Of a DNA stretch of 64,000 nucleotides, positions 10,886-21,225 are shown in pieces. Under the pieces are notes generated by a model that saw nothing but the letters and a program-made list of their open reading frames with translations, was not told the origin of the DNA and did no database searches. This stretch comes from Thiomargarita sp. (GTDB lineage Bacteria > Pseudomonadota > Gammaproteobacteria > Beggiatoales > Beggiatoaceae). Location: the NCBI GenBank assembly GCA_020721045.1, contig DYNN01000002.1:15567-79566 (forward strand). Reading direction: 5' to 3'. The translations under genes were made by a program, and so were the position numbers. Position 1 is the first letter of the stretch; each line of letters starts with the position of its first letter.

Positions 10886-11858
10886 TTTTAATAAGAGAGA
10901 TTTCTACACGGCGATTTTGCTGTCTACCCATCGGCGTTGTATTGTCTGCAACCGGGAAATTTTTTCCAAAGCCTTTTGCCGTAATTTTCTCAGGCGCAAT
11001 ACCGCTTCTTATTAGCGCAAGACGCACTGCATTAGCACGCTGTAAAGACAAATTAGTATTATAATCCACGCTGCCGACGTCGTCTGTATAACCTTTGATC
11101 AGAATATTATGATCATCATGTTCACGCAAAAAAGTGGCTAATTTTTTAAGATTTTGCAAAGCCATAGGAATCAGCGTAGTACGATCAGTTTCAAACAAAA
11201 CATCTCCTAAAATCAGTACATTACCAGATTGTAAACTCTCTAATTGTTTTTGTAATTGTTGATTCTTCTCTTGTTCTACAGTCAATTGCTCACCCAACAT
11301 ATTTCCTTCTAACTGCTGTAATTCCTTCAAAAAATTAACCTGTCCACTTACCTTCTCTTCCTTCGTGGATTCGATTAATTTTCGTTGCACAACACGCGCT
11401 GCAATTTGAGCTTGTTGCTGTGCTAGATAAGCAATATAACGCATATCGCTGGCATCTTTAGCATTTTGTGCTTGCATGAGCGTTTGTTCGGCTTCACGCA
11501 AAGCTAATTCGGCTTCTGATTTTTTTTGCGCTAAATCCTGTAACCCCTTAATTTCCCGCTCATCTTTTTGACTTTCTGCTTGAGTCAGCGCCTTTTCCAT
11601 GGTTTCTAACGCAGCATGTTCAGGCATAACCGCCGTTATTTCATTGAGTGCTTGCAAAGAATTGTTAATATCATTCATTGCTAACTCAGTCGTTCGCGTC
11701 GTATTTTTTAAATTGTCAGTTGTAGCAAATTCTGTATCACCTATACCACAAGTACTACTGATAGTTTCTGCTTTAGGAAAAAAAGAGCGACAACCAGATG
11801 CCAGCCCCATCATTGTGGTGATAATTACAATGAAAAGTGTATAATGAAATTTAGCCAT
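10872..11858 (-). CDS. OmpA-family lipoprotein with a long coiled-coil spacer
   Basis: Lipobox signal MMGLASGC, then a Q/E/A-rich helical region. C-terminal OmpA peptidoglycan-binding domain (GYTDDVGSVDYNTNLSLQRANAV...NRRVEI). Confidence 0.8.
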   Translation of the reverse strand: MAKFHYTLFIVIITTMMGLASGCRSFFPKAETISSTCGIGDTEFATTDNLKNTTRTTELAMNDINNSLQALNEITAVMPEHAALETMEKALTQAESQKDEREIKGLQDLAQKKSEAELALREAEQTLMQAQNAKDASDMRYIAYLAQQQAQIAARVVQRKLIESTKEEKVSGQVNFLKELQQLEGNMLGEQLTVEQEKNQQLQKQLESLQSGNVLILGDVLFETDRTTLIPMALQNLKKLATFLREHDDHNILIKGYTDDVGSVDYNTNLSLQRANAVRLALIRSGIAPEKITAKGFGKNFPVADNTTPMGRQQNRRVEISLIKNDEG

Positions 11859-12079
11859 GAGTGATTATTTACTGTGATTGATACGTGCTCTCACCATCTT
11901 CAGGGAAAGTTGAAAGATAATCATATTTTCCTACCTATATACAATAAAATTTATAGAATAAACTTCTAAATAGCAACTAGATATGGCATTCTACACTATT
12001 TATTTTTCTTTTTATAGAGATAGTCTAATTTCAACAATTCTCAATTTTAATAACTGAAAGGTTATGGATATTTTTTAAC

Positions 12080-15000
12080 ATGAAACTCATTAAACAATTA
12101 AAAAATCTTTTTCTAAAAAAACAAAAACATATTATTAATTCCCTCCATATTTATCATAAAATTCCTGCGCTCACCTTACTCAATGGACAGCAACCAGCAA
12201 GTAAACTCATTTCTGATGGAAATATTGCATTATGCTTAATAAAGGGCATTTTTGCGCATTTTTTCATCATTCCTCAAACCAATAAAATAACAGGAATTAG
12301 TTTACGATTAAGTAGTTACTGTCGTATTAATCATTCACATTTAATTATCAAAATAGAAAATTTTACTCAACGTTTTAATGTCAGTCAGATCAAAGACAAC
12401 GAATATACTCACTTTACTTTTTCAACACCTTATACTTGTATTGCTGGAAAATCGATAGAAATTACGATTTATTCCGATGATGCGACTGAAAACAACGCGA
12501 TTGCTCTATGGTGTGCAGAAAATATTTTACCTTTTTCTTACCAATTAAATTTTGATCTACTAGATTTACCTTTTACTGAACAACCACAAGTAAGCATTAT
12601 AATTCCTATATTTAACAATGTATTATATACCTACAATTGCCTATTAAGCTTACAACAATGCGATCAACAGATTAGCCAAGAAATTATTTTGATCAATAAT
12701 GCCTCTACCGATGAAACGACCCAATTACTTTCTCATCTTTCTCATCAATGTAAAATCATTAATAATCAAGAAAATCAAGGTTTTGTCCAAGCATGTCATC
12801 AAGGTGCTGACATTGCACAAGGCGAATTTATCGTTTTGTTAAATAACGATACACAAGTGACGCCCGGTTGGTTAGCTAACTTATTGTCTATTATGCAAAA
12901 ACAACCCAATGTAGGCATTGTAGGCTCAAAATTAATTTACCCAGACGGACGTTTACAAGAAGCCGGTGGCATTATTTTTAACGATGCAACTGGCTGGAAT
13001 TATGGGCGTTTTCAACAAATTACACATAACTTATTTAATCAAGATCGCCCTGTAGATTATTGTTCTGGTGCGAGCTTAATGATTCGTAAAGCATTATGGC
13101 AACAACTGGGTGGTTTCGATTTACGCTACGCACCGGCATATTATGAAGACACCGATCTATGTTTCGCCGCACGTCAAGCCGGTTATCACGTTATGTATTG
13201 CCATAATTCAACAGTCATTCATCACGAAGGTATAACCGCCGGTACTGATGTACAAAGTGGTTACAAACGCTACCAAAGCATCAATCAAGAAAAATTTCAG
13301 CAAAAATGGGAAACAGTATTAGCAACCCATTTTCCACCGCCACCCCACTGTTCACCGGACGCAGCCGCTTTTCGCTTAGCCACTGACAAACTCGCTTTTC
13401 GTATTCCTAATCAAAAAATTATCGCAACCCATTTTTTAGCTGAAGGATGGGCGCCTAATTTCTGGAGTTACTTAAATATTCATCAGATAGACGAAGAATT
13501 ACTTTATATTCAGTCGCTTGACTTTAACACAATTATCATTTTAGTGCCTTGGGTAGGTTTTCAACCGACGATAGAACCTATTTGTTATTATGAAGCTTAT
13601 TTTCAATTTTTTGATCAATTACTAGCGAAAATACAAAAATACAATTTACAAGTCATATTACGGCTAGGTTATACCCACGATAATGGACCGATAAGTACAC
13701 CCGAAGGTTACTTAAGACAAGTAGTGATTGGCGAAGATAAGACAACATTAATTGCTTGGTGTGATTATTTGGATAAATTATGGCAAATTAGCAAAAAATA
13801 TTCAAATTTATTAGGTGGTTTCATTACATGGGAAGATTTCTTTTTCATGGATTTAACCCATACTCCTTTGGCACGACGACTGGAGTATGCACAAAAAACT
13901 GGTTATCAGCGTTATTTAACTGAAAACTATACTTTAGACATCATTTCACAACATTACTCCCAAACTTTTACCACTTACCAAAGCATTCCCATTCCGGCAG
14001 CTAAAACACAAGGAATACAGCTATTTTGTGAATTTTGGGATAAAATGCTGATAAATACTATTTTTACCACGTCTAAAAACCACTTTCCATTGTTAAGTAT
14101 GGAAGTTAGAATAGATTGTGATACTGAAGGTGAGCAAGATATTTTAATTTGCCATGAAAAGACCTTTGATTTAACACCTGATGCGCATATTTCCATGATT
14201 TACTATTCACCTGCTTGGGGTGCGCCTAATGAAGGTCAATGTGATTCAGCACAAACGATTTTAACTCGTATGCAGTTTATGTTTGACCATATTCATGCAC
14301 AAACACAAAATAGTATTTTTATCGATCAATTTAATTTTATCGATAATACACCAGGTTTTGAAGCTAATACCCGTATTCAACAAGAAGAACTTGCTGATTT
14401 TTTAGATAATGTAGTAACTTTATTACAAAATAATACCATTGGTTATGGATTATGGACTTTACGTGATGTAGCCGCGAATTTACTGCGTAACGGGCTTTTT
14501 ACTCAACAATATCCTAGTTGGGAAATAGAACACGGTCAGGTGATTTTTGATGCTGAAGCGCAAAAATATGCTGTTTGTCTGCAAAATAAAGGCAAATTAA
14601 GCCAATTGGTCACTCAAAGTTTTGGTGTTGCTTTAGTTAAAAATCAGCCATTTAAATTAGATTTTCAATTAAAAGCAACAGAAATAAATAATTGTTCAAT
14701 TAATATTTTGATTTTAAAAGAAAATAATATTATTTATCAACACACGATTACCACAATAACAACAGCCTGGCAAAACATTCATTTAACTGGAATTCAATTT
14801 GAGATAGGTTGTTATTTACAAATAATTTATCAAGGGAAAGCTGATATTTTATTAAGTCATTTTTATTTATATCAGATTTGCCAAGAAAATGGGGTAATTG
14901 ATATCTATGGTAAAAAGAAACATTTTTATCCTAATTTATTAAAACTTAATCAAAAATTAAAATCAACTTACCAAATTGAATTAAAAAGTTTCTTAGAGAA

Positions 15001-15388
15001 AACGGATTTATTTGGTTATCGTTTACGTGGGCTTTATTCCGATTTATGGATGGGACAACAGTTGTCAGGCAAATTAGCGACTTTATCAACAGAACAGGCA
15101 GAAATTTACTTTTTAGTTAAAATATATGTGCCTGAAATATGGGAAAATTATCATAATAAATTGGTATTAATGATTGATGAACAGGTTTTTTCAATTGAAC
15201 ATTTAATTATAGCAGGTTATCAAGAAGTTCATTGGGTAATTAAAAACGATTTTGTGACTGAGTGGATTAAATTTCAGTTACAAGTTCAACAAGTTTACCA
15301 GATAAAACAATATGATATCCAATCTCAAGATGGACGCGCGGTCAGTATGCAGATTGTCGGTTTAGGCTTGGTAAAACAGAATAAGTAA
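12080..15388 (+). CDS. 1102-aa multidomain glycosyltransferase (family-2 core, with unknown N-terminal and ~650-aa C-terminal regions)
   Basis: GT2 core roughly aa 170-400 (VSIIIPIFNN, NNASTDET, LLNNDT, AYYEDTDLCF). The C-terminal part has TIM-barrel/glycosidase-like hints (ILRLGYTHDN, GGFITWEDFFF) followed by beta-rich segments. A single uninterrupted ORF. Confidence 0.75.
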   Translation: MKLIKQLKNLFLKKQKHIINSLHIYHKIPALTLLNGQQPASKLISDGNIALCLIKGIFAHFFIIPQTNKITGISLRLSSYCRINHSHLIIKIENFTQRFNVSQIKDNEYTHFTFSTPYTCIAGKSIEITIYSDDATENNAIALWCAENILPFSYQLNFDLLDLPFTEQPQVSIIIPIFNNVLYTYNCLLSLQQCDQQISQEIILINNASTDETTQLLSHLSHQCKIINNQENQGFVQACHQGADIAQGEFIVLLNNDTQVTPGWLANLLSIMQKQPNVGIVGSKLIYPDGRLQEAGGIIFNDATGWNYGRFQQITHNLFNQDRPVDYCSGASLMIRKALWQQLGGFDLRYAPAYYEDTDLCFAARQAGYHVMYCHNSTVIHHEGITAGTDVQSGYKRYQSINQEKFQQKWETVLATHFPPPPHCSPDAAAFRLATDKLAFRIPNQKIIATHFLAEGWAPNFWSYLNIHQIDEELLYIQSLDFNTIIILVPWVGFQPTIEPICYYEAYFQFFDQLLAKIQKYNLQVILRLGYTHDNGPISTPEGYLRQVVIGEDKTTLIAWCDYLDKLWQISKKYSNLLGGFITWEDFFFMDLTHTPLARRLEYAQKTGYQRYLTENYTLDIISQHYSQTFTTYQSIPIPAAKTQGIQLFCEFWDKMLINTIFTTSKNHFPLLSMEVRIDCDTEGEQDILICHEKTFDLTPDAHISMIYYSPAWGAPNEGQCDSAQTILTRMQFMFDHIHAQTQNSIFIDQFNFIDNTPGFEANTRIQQEELADFLDNVVTLLQNNTIGYGLWTLRDVAANLLRNGLFTQQYPSWEIEHGQVIFDAEAQKYAVCLQNKGKLSQLVTQSFGVALVKNQPFKLDFQLKATEINNCSINILILKENNIIYQHTITTITTAWQNIHLTGIQFEIGCYLQIIYQGKADILLSHFYLYQICQENGVIDIYGKKKHFYPNLLKLNQKLKSTYQIELKSFLEKTDLFGYRLRGLYSDLWMGQQLSGKLATLSTEQAEIYFLVKIYVPEIWENYHNKLVLMIDEQVFSIEHLIIAGYQEVHWVIKNDFVTEWIKFQLQVQQVYQIKQYDIQSQDGRAVSMQIVGLGLVKQNK

Positions 15389-15787
15389 TCATTGCACCCC
15401 TAGAAGTTTTGCTAAAAAACAATGTAAGATCGCGCTAACCTTATCTTTGGATTGAATTTTTAATGTGGTTGCCTTGCTCATTCGACAAAACAGTTGATAT
15501 TGCAAACTAAAACCACTAGAATCACAGTGCTGTGGAATGGTTCAATTCAACAAGTTAAAGCCATATTGCTAAAACGAACCAGTGCCATTGGGTTGAAACT
15601 ACTCAACCAAAATTCTAGTTGTAAGTCTTTTAGCTTATCAACAGAAAGCGAATTATCAAGTACTTGCATTGTTTATGTTTATTGAAACAGTTTCAAATGG
15701 AATACAATAAGCCGCTCTACAATTGTTTCTATTTATAATAAATAGTTAATATATCTAATATAAATCACTTTATGAAGGAACTTTACT

Positions 15788-16825
15788 ATGCCACTAGTCT
15801 CTATGCGTCAACTCCTTGATCATGCAGCTGAAAATGGTTATGGTATGCCAGCATTTAATGTTAATAACATGGAACAAGTCCATGCGATTATGCAGGCTGC
15901 CGACGCAACTAATAGTCCTGTTATTATGCAAGGTTCAGCGGGTGCGCGCTCATATGCAGGTGAAGCTTTTTTGCGCCACCTTATTATCGCTGCAATTGAA
16001 GCCTATCCTCATATTCCTATTGTCATGCACCAAGATCACGGTTCAGAACCCGGTGTTTGCTTACGTTCGATCCAAAGCGGTTTTTCTTCCGTCATGATGG
16101 ATGGTTCTTTGATGGCTGATATGAAAACGCCTTCTAGTTATGAATATAATGTGGAAGTTACCAAAAAAGTCGTTGAAATGGCACATAGCTGCGGCGTTTC
16201 TGTCGAAGGCGAATTGGGTTGTTTAGGCTCTTTAGAAAGCGGTAAAGCAGGAAAAGAAGACGGTTCTGGGGCAGAAGGCATATTGTCTCATGATCAACTA
16301 TTAACCGATCCTGTTCAAGCGGCTGATTTTGTTGCTAAAACAGGTGTTGATGCTTTAGCAATTGCCATTGGTACCAGTCATGGCGCTTACAAGTTTTCTC
16401 GCCCACCTACAGGTGATATTTTAGCAATTAATCGAATTAAAGAAATTCATGCACGTATTCCTAATACCCATTTAGTGATGCATGGTTCTTCTTCTGTACC
16501 GCAAGAATGGCTAAAAATCATTAACGATCATGGTGGTAAAATGGGCGAAACCTATGGTGTGCCTGTTGAAGAAATCGTCGAAGGTATTAAACATGGGGTC
16601 AGCAAAGTCAATATTGATACTGATTTGCGTATGGCATCAACTGGTGCAATTCGTAAGTTTATGCATGATAATCCTAAAGCGTTTGATCCACGTAAATTCC
16701 TCAAAGCCGCTACTCAAGGTATGATGGAAATTTGTAAATCTCGTTATGAAGCATTTGGTTGCGCGGGTATGGCGTCAAAAATTAAGCCAATTTCTTTAGA
16801 AAAAATGATTAATTTCTATCGTTAA
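15788..16825 (+). CDS. fba: fructose-bisphosphate aldolase, class II (Calvin-cycle/CbbA-like subtype)
   Basis: [42 protein letters not shown] and GTSHGAYKF. 345 aa. Confidence 0.9.
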   Translation: MPLVSMRQLLDHAAENGYGMPAFNVNNMEQVHAIMQAADATNSPVIMQGSAGARSYAGEAFLRHLIIAAIEAYPHIPIVMHQDHGSEPGVCLRSIQSGFSSVMMDGSLMADMKTPSSYEYNVEVTKKVVEMAHSCGVSVEGELGCLGSLESGKAGKEDGSGAEGILSHDQLLTDPVQAADFVAKTGVDALAIAIGTSHGAYKFSRPPTGDILAINRIKEIHARIPNTHLVMHGSSSVPQEWLKIINDHGGKMGETYGVPVEEIVEGIKHGVSKVNIDTDLRMASTGAIRKFMHDNPKAFDPRKFLKAATQGMMEICKSRYEAFGCAGMASKIKPISLEKMINFYR

Positions 16826-16838
16826 TAAATTGCAGTAA

Positions 16839-16877
16839 AATGGGCATTCAGATATTTCTTATGATCTGATGCCCATT
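16839..16877. terminator. bidirectional hairpin between convergent fba and the M23 gene
   Basis: AATGGGCAT(T)CAGAT ... ATCTGATGCCCATT, a 14-bp stem with one bulge, AT-rich on both sides. Confidence 0.55.
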
Positions 16878-16879
16878 AA

Positions 16880-18070
16880 TTATTTTGTTCGCAACCAATT
16901 CTCTGGATTGATTGGAATACCTTGGTGACGAATTTCAAAATAAAGCGCAGTTTGTTCTTTACCGCCGCTGTCACCCACAGTGGCGATAGTATCACCGGTT
17001 TCAACCCAAGTTCCTGTTTTTACTAATAAACTTTGATTATGCGCATATAGACTCATATAACCTTTGTCATGATCAATAATAATTAATAAGCCAAAATTAC
17101 GAAACCATTCAGCAAATGCCACACGCCCAGCTGCAATCACATGCACTTTTTCGCCGCGTTTCGCTTCAATCAGCACGCCTTGCCACTTTAACTGTTCTAT
17201 CAAAGGTTCACCAAATTTTTTGGCTACTTGACCTTGCGTAGGATAAGCTAATTGTCCTTTCAATTTCCAAAATTCTTGACTATTTGGATGAGGAATTATT
17301 TTTAAAGTGGGTTCTAAACCGCCTAATAGGGCTTCCAATTGTCGTTTATCTTCTTGTAATCGCTTTAATTCTTTATCTTGATCAGTCAAAGTTTTTTTCA
17401 ATCGGACCAAAATAACTTGTCGTTCATCATAACTAACATCTAAATCTTGTTTATGTTTATTTTGATAAGAGAGTAATTTATTTAAATGAGCGGTTTCTTG
17501 CGTGATTGTGACGGTTAGTGTTTGTAAATTAAGAATTGAATCTTTAACTAATTGAATTTTATTAGCTCGTGCCTTATTAATATAATCATAATAGGTCAAA
17601 ATACGCCCAATCATTGTCGGGTCTTGTTGATTTAACCATAATTTTAAATAATCTTGTCGTCCAATTAAATAAGCAGAATTAATTTGTTGTGCTAAAATGC
17701 GGCGTTGTTTTTCTAATGAAATCTGTTCGTTATCTTTCTGTTTTTGTAAATTCTTCAACGTATTTTCTTTATCCTCCAATTCTTCGTTAATAATCCCTAA
17801 TTGTTCTGCCACTTGACCAATATCTTCCTCACTCATTTTTAATTGCTGTTGTAGCTGATCATATTCAGTCTGTGTGGAATTCATTGCGGTTTGTAATTCT
17901 CGAATTCGTAACTCCAACTGTGCTAACTGTTCAGGCGTGACAGAAATAGTGGTTGCCATATCTGTTGCTATACTATTGGATATTAATAGAAAATAAATGA
18001 ATAAATACGAAAATCGTTGCATATATGTAGTGATTTGCATGATTGATAGAGAAAAAATATGATAGATCAT
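16880..18070 (-). CDS. M23/LytM-domain protein with N-terminal coiled coils (EnvC-like murein hydrolase activator)
   Basis: Signal/TM at the N-terminus, ~230 aa of heptad-rich Q/E/K/L sequence, then a C-terminal M23 domain (IIIDHDKGYMSLYAHNQSL, GDTIATVGDSGG, LYFEIRHQGIPINP). Confidence 0.8.
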   Translation of the reverse strand: MIYHIFSLSIMQITTYMQRFSYLFIYFLLISNSIATDMATTISVTPEQLAQLELRIRELQTAMNSTQTEYDQLQQQLKMSEEDIGQVAEQLGIINEELEDKENTLKNLQKQKDNEQISLEKQRRILAQQINSAYLIGRQDYLKLWLNQQDPTMIGRILTYYDYINKARANKIQLVKDSILNLQTLTVTITQETAHLNKLLSYQNKHKQDLDVSYDERQVILVRLKKTLTDQDKELKRLQEDKRQLEALLGGLEPTLKIIPHPNSQEFWKLKGQLAYPTQGQVAKKFGEPLIEQLKWQGVLIEAKRGEKVHVIAAGRVAFAEWFRNFGLLIIIDHDKGYMSLYAHNQSLLVKTGTWVETGDTIATVGDSGGKEQTALYFEIRHQGIPINPENWLRTK

Positions 18071-18155
18071 AACACATTAGATTGCAAATAATTTCCATGT
18101 ATTATCAACTAATTAGCACTTTAAAAAGCGTGATGTTGTGACTTAATATTGGCAA

Positions 18156-18172
18156 TGCACAAAACAGGTGCA
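18156..18172. promoter_or_regulatory. candidate NtrC (enhancer) binding site
   Basis: TGCACAAAACAGGTGCA is a TGCAC-N7-GTGCA inverted repeat with the spacing of the NtrC consensus TGCACCA-N3-TGGTGCA. It lies ~105 nt upstream of the sigma-54-like element. Confidence 0.4.
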
Positions 18173-18276
18173 TAGAAACTATACAGGTTGTATTATAGTG
18201 CATGTATCTTCTGGATACACGATAAAATCTTGCATTTTTCATCTTAATTAATTGTATTACAATATAAATTATCTAG

Positions 18277-18292
18277 TGGCATATTTTTTGTA
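18277..18292 (+). promoter_or_regulatory. candidate sigma-54 (-24/-12) promoter for the porin-glnK-amtB cluster
   Basis: TGGCAT-ATTTT-TTGTA against the consensus TGGCAC-N5-TTGCA (two C-to-T mismatches). About 145 nt upstream of the ATG at 18436. Confidence 0.35.
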
Positions 18293-18435
18293 TCCAAACT
18301 ACTCAAGCAATATTTTGGCGTGATTATTCCATTTGGTTAAAAAATTAAGTTGCAAACTGCTTAAGCTAGAAAAAAGTACCTTGTATTTCAATCTATTAAT
18401 TCCCTGCAAATTCTTCATCTATTAGGAAAATAAAA

Positions 18436-19206
18436 ATGAGAAATATTCAAAAAACGATGCTTGCGAGTACTTTTTTAAGTATATTGGTTGTTTCCAGTAT
18501 AAGTAGTGCTGAAGAATTTACTGGTAACATTGGTGTTTATTCTAAATATGTGTTACGTGGATTGACGACACCCGCTTCAGAAAGCGACCGAGCGGTTTTA
18601 CAAGGTGGCTTAGATTATGGGCATGATAGCGGTTTTTATGCCGGTTGGTGGGCATCAAGCTTGGATTATACCTATAGTGCAGACAGTTCTTCTACGACAG
18701 GAAATGGTTTTGAAAATGATTTTTACTTGGGATTTGCGGGTGCACTGGGTGAAACCGCCAGTTATGACTTAGGATTAATCCAATATTACTATCTTGATGT
18801 GGATGATTCCAATTTAACTGAATTTAAGTTCGGTTTGGGTGCGGGACCCATTAGCGCAGAAATGTATTATTTGTTAAATGATGGTTGGTGGGGAAATAAA
18901 GGTGATGCTTATTTTTCAGTTGGTTATGAAACTGAATTACCCAAAAACTTTACTTTTTCAGCCACTGCTGGCTTTTATCGCTATGAAGACGCAGATAATA
19001 ACAAATTGTGTGCACCAGCCCCAGCCGGTTGTGGGATTACTACTAAAAAATCAGGTTTTCGTCATGTTGATTTATCACTTTCCCATCCAATCGGAAATAC
19101 CGGTGCTGATGTCAGTTTTCGATACGTGATTGGCGGTAAAAATCGCGGTGATGTTGATCAAGATAATACCATGGTGTTAGGCATTTCTTACAATTTTGAT
19201 TTGTAG
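18436..19206 (+). CDS. small outer-membrane beta-barrel (TorF-like putative porin)
   Basis: Signal peptide ending SSA/EE. Alternating aromatic/Gly-rich beta-strand pattern (GNIGVYSKYVLRGLT, LQGGLDYGHDSGFYAGWWASS, terminal ISYNFDL). Lies directly upstream of glnK-amtB. Confidence 0.6.
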   Translation: MRNIQKTMLASTFLSILVVSSISSAEEFTGNIGVYSKYVLRGLTTPASESDRAVLQGGLDYGHDSGFYAGWWASSLDYTYSADSSSTTGNGFENDFYLGFAGALGETASYDLGLIQYYYLDVDDSNLTEFKFGLGAGPISAEMYYLLNDGWWGNKGDAYFSVGYETELPKNFTFSATAGFYRYEDADNNKLCAPAPAGCGITTKKSGFRHVDLSLSHPIGNTGADVSFRYVIGGKNRGDVDQDNTMVLGISYNFDL

Positions 19207-19214
19207 AATGAGCG

Positions 19215-19257
19215 GTAGGGTGTATAAACGCGAAATATCAAGTTTCATACATCCTAC
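19215..19257 (+). other. intercistronic hairpin between the porin gene and glnK
   Basis: GTAGGGTGTAT (19215-19225) pairs with ATACATCCTAC (19247-19257): 11 bp including one G-U, with a 21-nt loop. No U-tract follows. Confidence 0.3.
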
Positions 19258-19305
19258 AAATGTTAAATTTACTAAATGACTCACCCTAATGATTCAATAT
19301 ATTAA

Positions 19306-19656
<351 letters not shown>

Positions 19657-19671
19657 TTTAACAGGGAGGCA

Positions 19672-21036
19672 ATGATGCAAAGTCGTATTTTTAAAAATAT
19701 TCTATTCGTTTTATTAATCGTTTTATCGTATGCTGGATTTGCAGATGAAGTTGCGACAACCTCTACTGAAGTAGCAACTGTGGCTGCCGAAGCAACAACT
19801 GTAGTTGCAACGCCTGAATTAAGTGCGGGTGATACTGCTTGGATGCTCACTTCAACTGCTCTAGTGCTTTTCATGACCATTCCGGGTTTATCTCTATTTT
19901 ACGCAGGGATGGTGCGCAGCAAAAACGTGTTATCTGTACTGATGCAATGTTTTGCAATTACTTCCCTAGTCACCGTGTTATGGGTTGTTTATGTTTATAG
20001 CCTTGCTTTTTCTAACGGCGGCGCGGAATTACAACCATGGATTGGAGGACTTGATTTCTTGTTTTTAGAAGGACTTAAAGTTGATTCTATGCATGGAAGT
20101 ATTCCTGAAAGTGTTTTTATGACCTTCCAAATGACTTTTGCGATTATTACGCCAGCTCTGATTGTTGGTGCATTTGCAGAACGGATGAAATTTTCAGCTT
20201 TATTAATTTTTATGACATTATGGGTAAGTTTGGTTTATGCACCCATTTGTCACTGGGTATGGGGTGGCGGTTGGTTAGCTGATATGGGCGTATTAGATTT
20301 TGCTGGTGGTACTGTTGTCCATATTAATGCAGGTATTGCGGGTTTTGTTGCCTGTCTCATGATTGGCAAGCGTAAAGGCTTCCCTCAAACAGCGATGCCA
20401 CCACATAGTTTAATGTTAACTGTTGTTGGTGCCTCCATGTTATGGGTGGGATGGTTTGGTTTTAATGCGGGTAGTCAATTGGCAGCTGATGGCGTTGCTG
20501 GTATGGCAATGACAGTGACTCAAATTGCTACAGCAATGGCGGCTTTAGCTTGGATGTTCAGCGAATGGATTACTCATGGCAAACCCAGCGTATTAGGCAT
20601 TGCCTCTGGTGCAGTTGCGGGTTTGGTCGCAATTACACCCGCCTCTGGTACGGCTGGTCCAATGGGTGCCTTAGTGATTGGTGCCGCAGCAGGCGTTAGC
20701 TGTTTTATCGCTGCCACTAAAATCAAGCGGATATTTGGTTATGATGATTCTTTAGACGTATTTGGTGTTCACGCAGTAGGCGGTATTATCGGTGCAATTT
20801 TGACCGGTGTATTTGCAGCAGAATCATTAGGAGGTGTTGGTCTTGCCAAAGACACGATAGCAGAACAAGTTTATGTACAAATCATCGGTGTGGGTGTTAC
20901 CATTGTCTTCACTGCAATTATGAGCTTTATTATCTTGAAAGTAATTGATCTTATTATTGGTATTCGTGTTGATGAAGAACAAGAAAGTCAAGGTTTGGAT
21001 ATGTCACTGCATGATGAACGTGGTTACATCTTGTAA
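19672..21036 (+). CDS. amtB: ammonium transporter with cleavable signal peptide
   Basis: Signal peptide followed by 11-TM Amt motifs (DTAWMLTSTALVLFMT, DFAGGTVVHINAG, GVHAVGGIIGAILTG). Confidence 0.9.
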   Translation: MMQSRIFKNILFVLLIVLSYAGFADEVATTSTEVATVAAEATTVVATPELSAGDTAWMLTSTALVLFMTIPGLSLFYAGMVRSKNVLSVLMQCFAITSLVTVLWVVYVYSLAFSNGGAELQPWIGGLDFLFLEGLKVDSMHGSIPESVFMTFQMTFAIITPALIVGAFAERMKFSALLIFMTLWVSLVYAPICHWVWGGGWLADMGVLDFAGGTVVHINAGIAGFVACLMIGKRKGFPQTAMPPHSLMLTVVGASMLWVGWFGFNAGSQLAADGVAGMAMTVTQIATAMAALAWMFSEWITHGKPSVLGIASGAVAGLVAITPASGTAGPMGALVIGAAAGVSCFIAATKIKRIFGYDDSLDVFGVHAVGGIIGAILTGVFAAESLGGVGLAKDTIAEQVYVQIIGVGVTIVFTAIMSFIILKVIDLIIGIRVDEEQESQGLDMSLHDERGYIL

Positions 21037-21078
21037 TACAATTTTATCCTTCTTGAAAATGTGATTTGGTGTAAACTA

Positions 21079-21117
21079 AAACCTCTGAAGTGTGGTTGCT
21101 TCAGAGGTTTATTTGTG
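21079..21117 (+). terminator. rho-independent terminator after amtB
   Basis: AAACCTCTGAAG (21079-21090) pairs with CTTCAGAGGTTT (21099-21110), an 8-nt loop, followed by ATTTGTGTT. Confidence 0.7.
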
Positions 21118-21225
21118 TTGATCCAGCGACAATTCATGCTTTGTAATCAGTAAAATCTTTTAAAGAATAGCAAGTTATTCTTCGTAGTAAGTTATAAATG
21201 GGCATATCTCGGGAGAACCGTAACA

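Noticed and set aside
15494-15685. A 63-aa ORF and some short hairpins (for example GGTTGA..TCAACC, ACTAGAAT..ATTCTAGT) in the 399-nt region upstream of fba. I considered a small protein or a structured RNA such as 6S.
   Set aside because: There is no RBS and the start is TTG-type. The pairings are short and AT-rich, and I could not recognise any known RNA-family signature. This is most simply a long promoter/leader region. A covariance-model scan would settle it.
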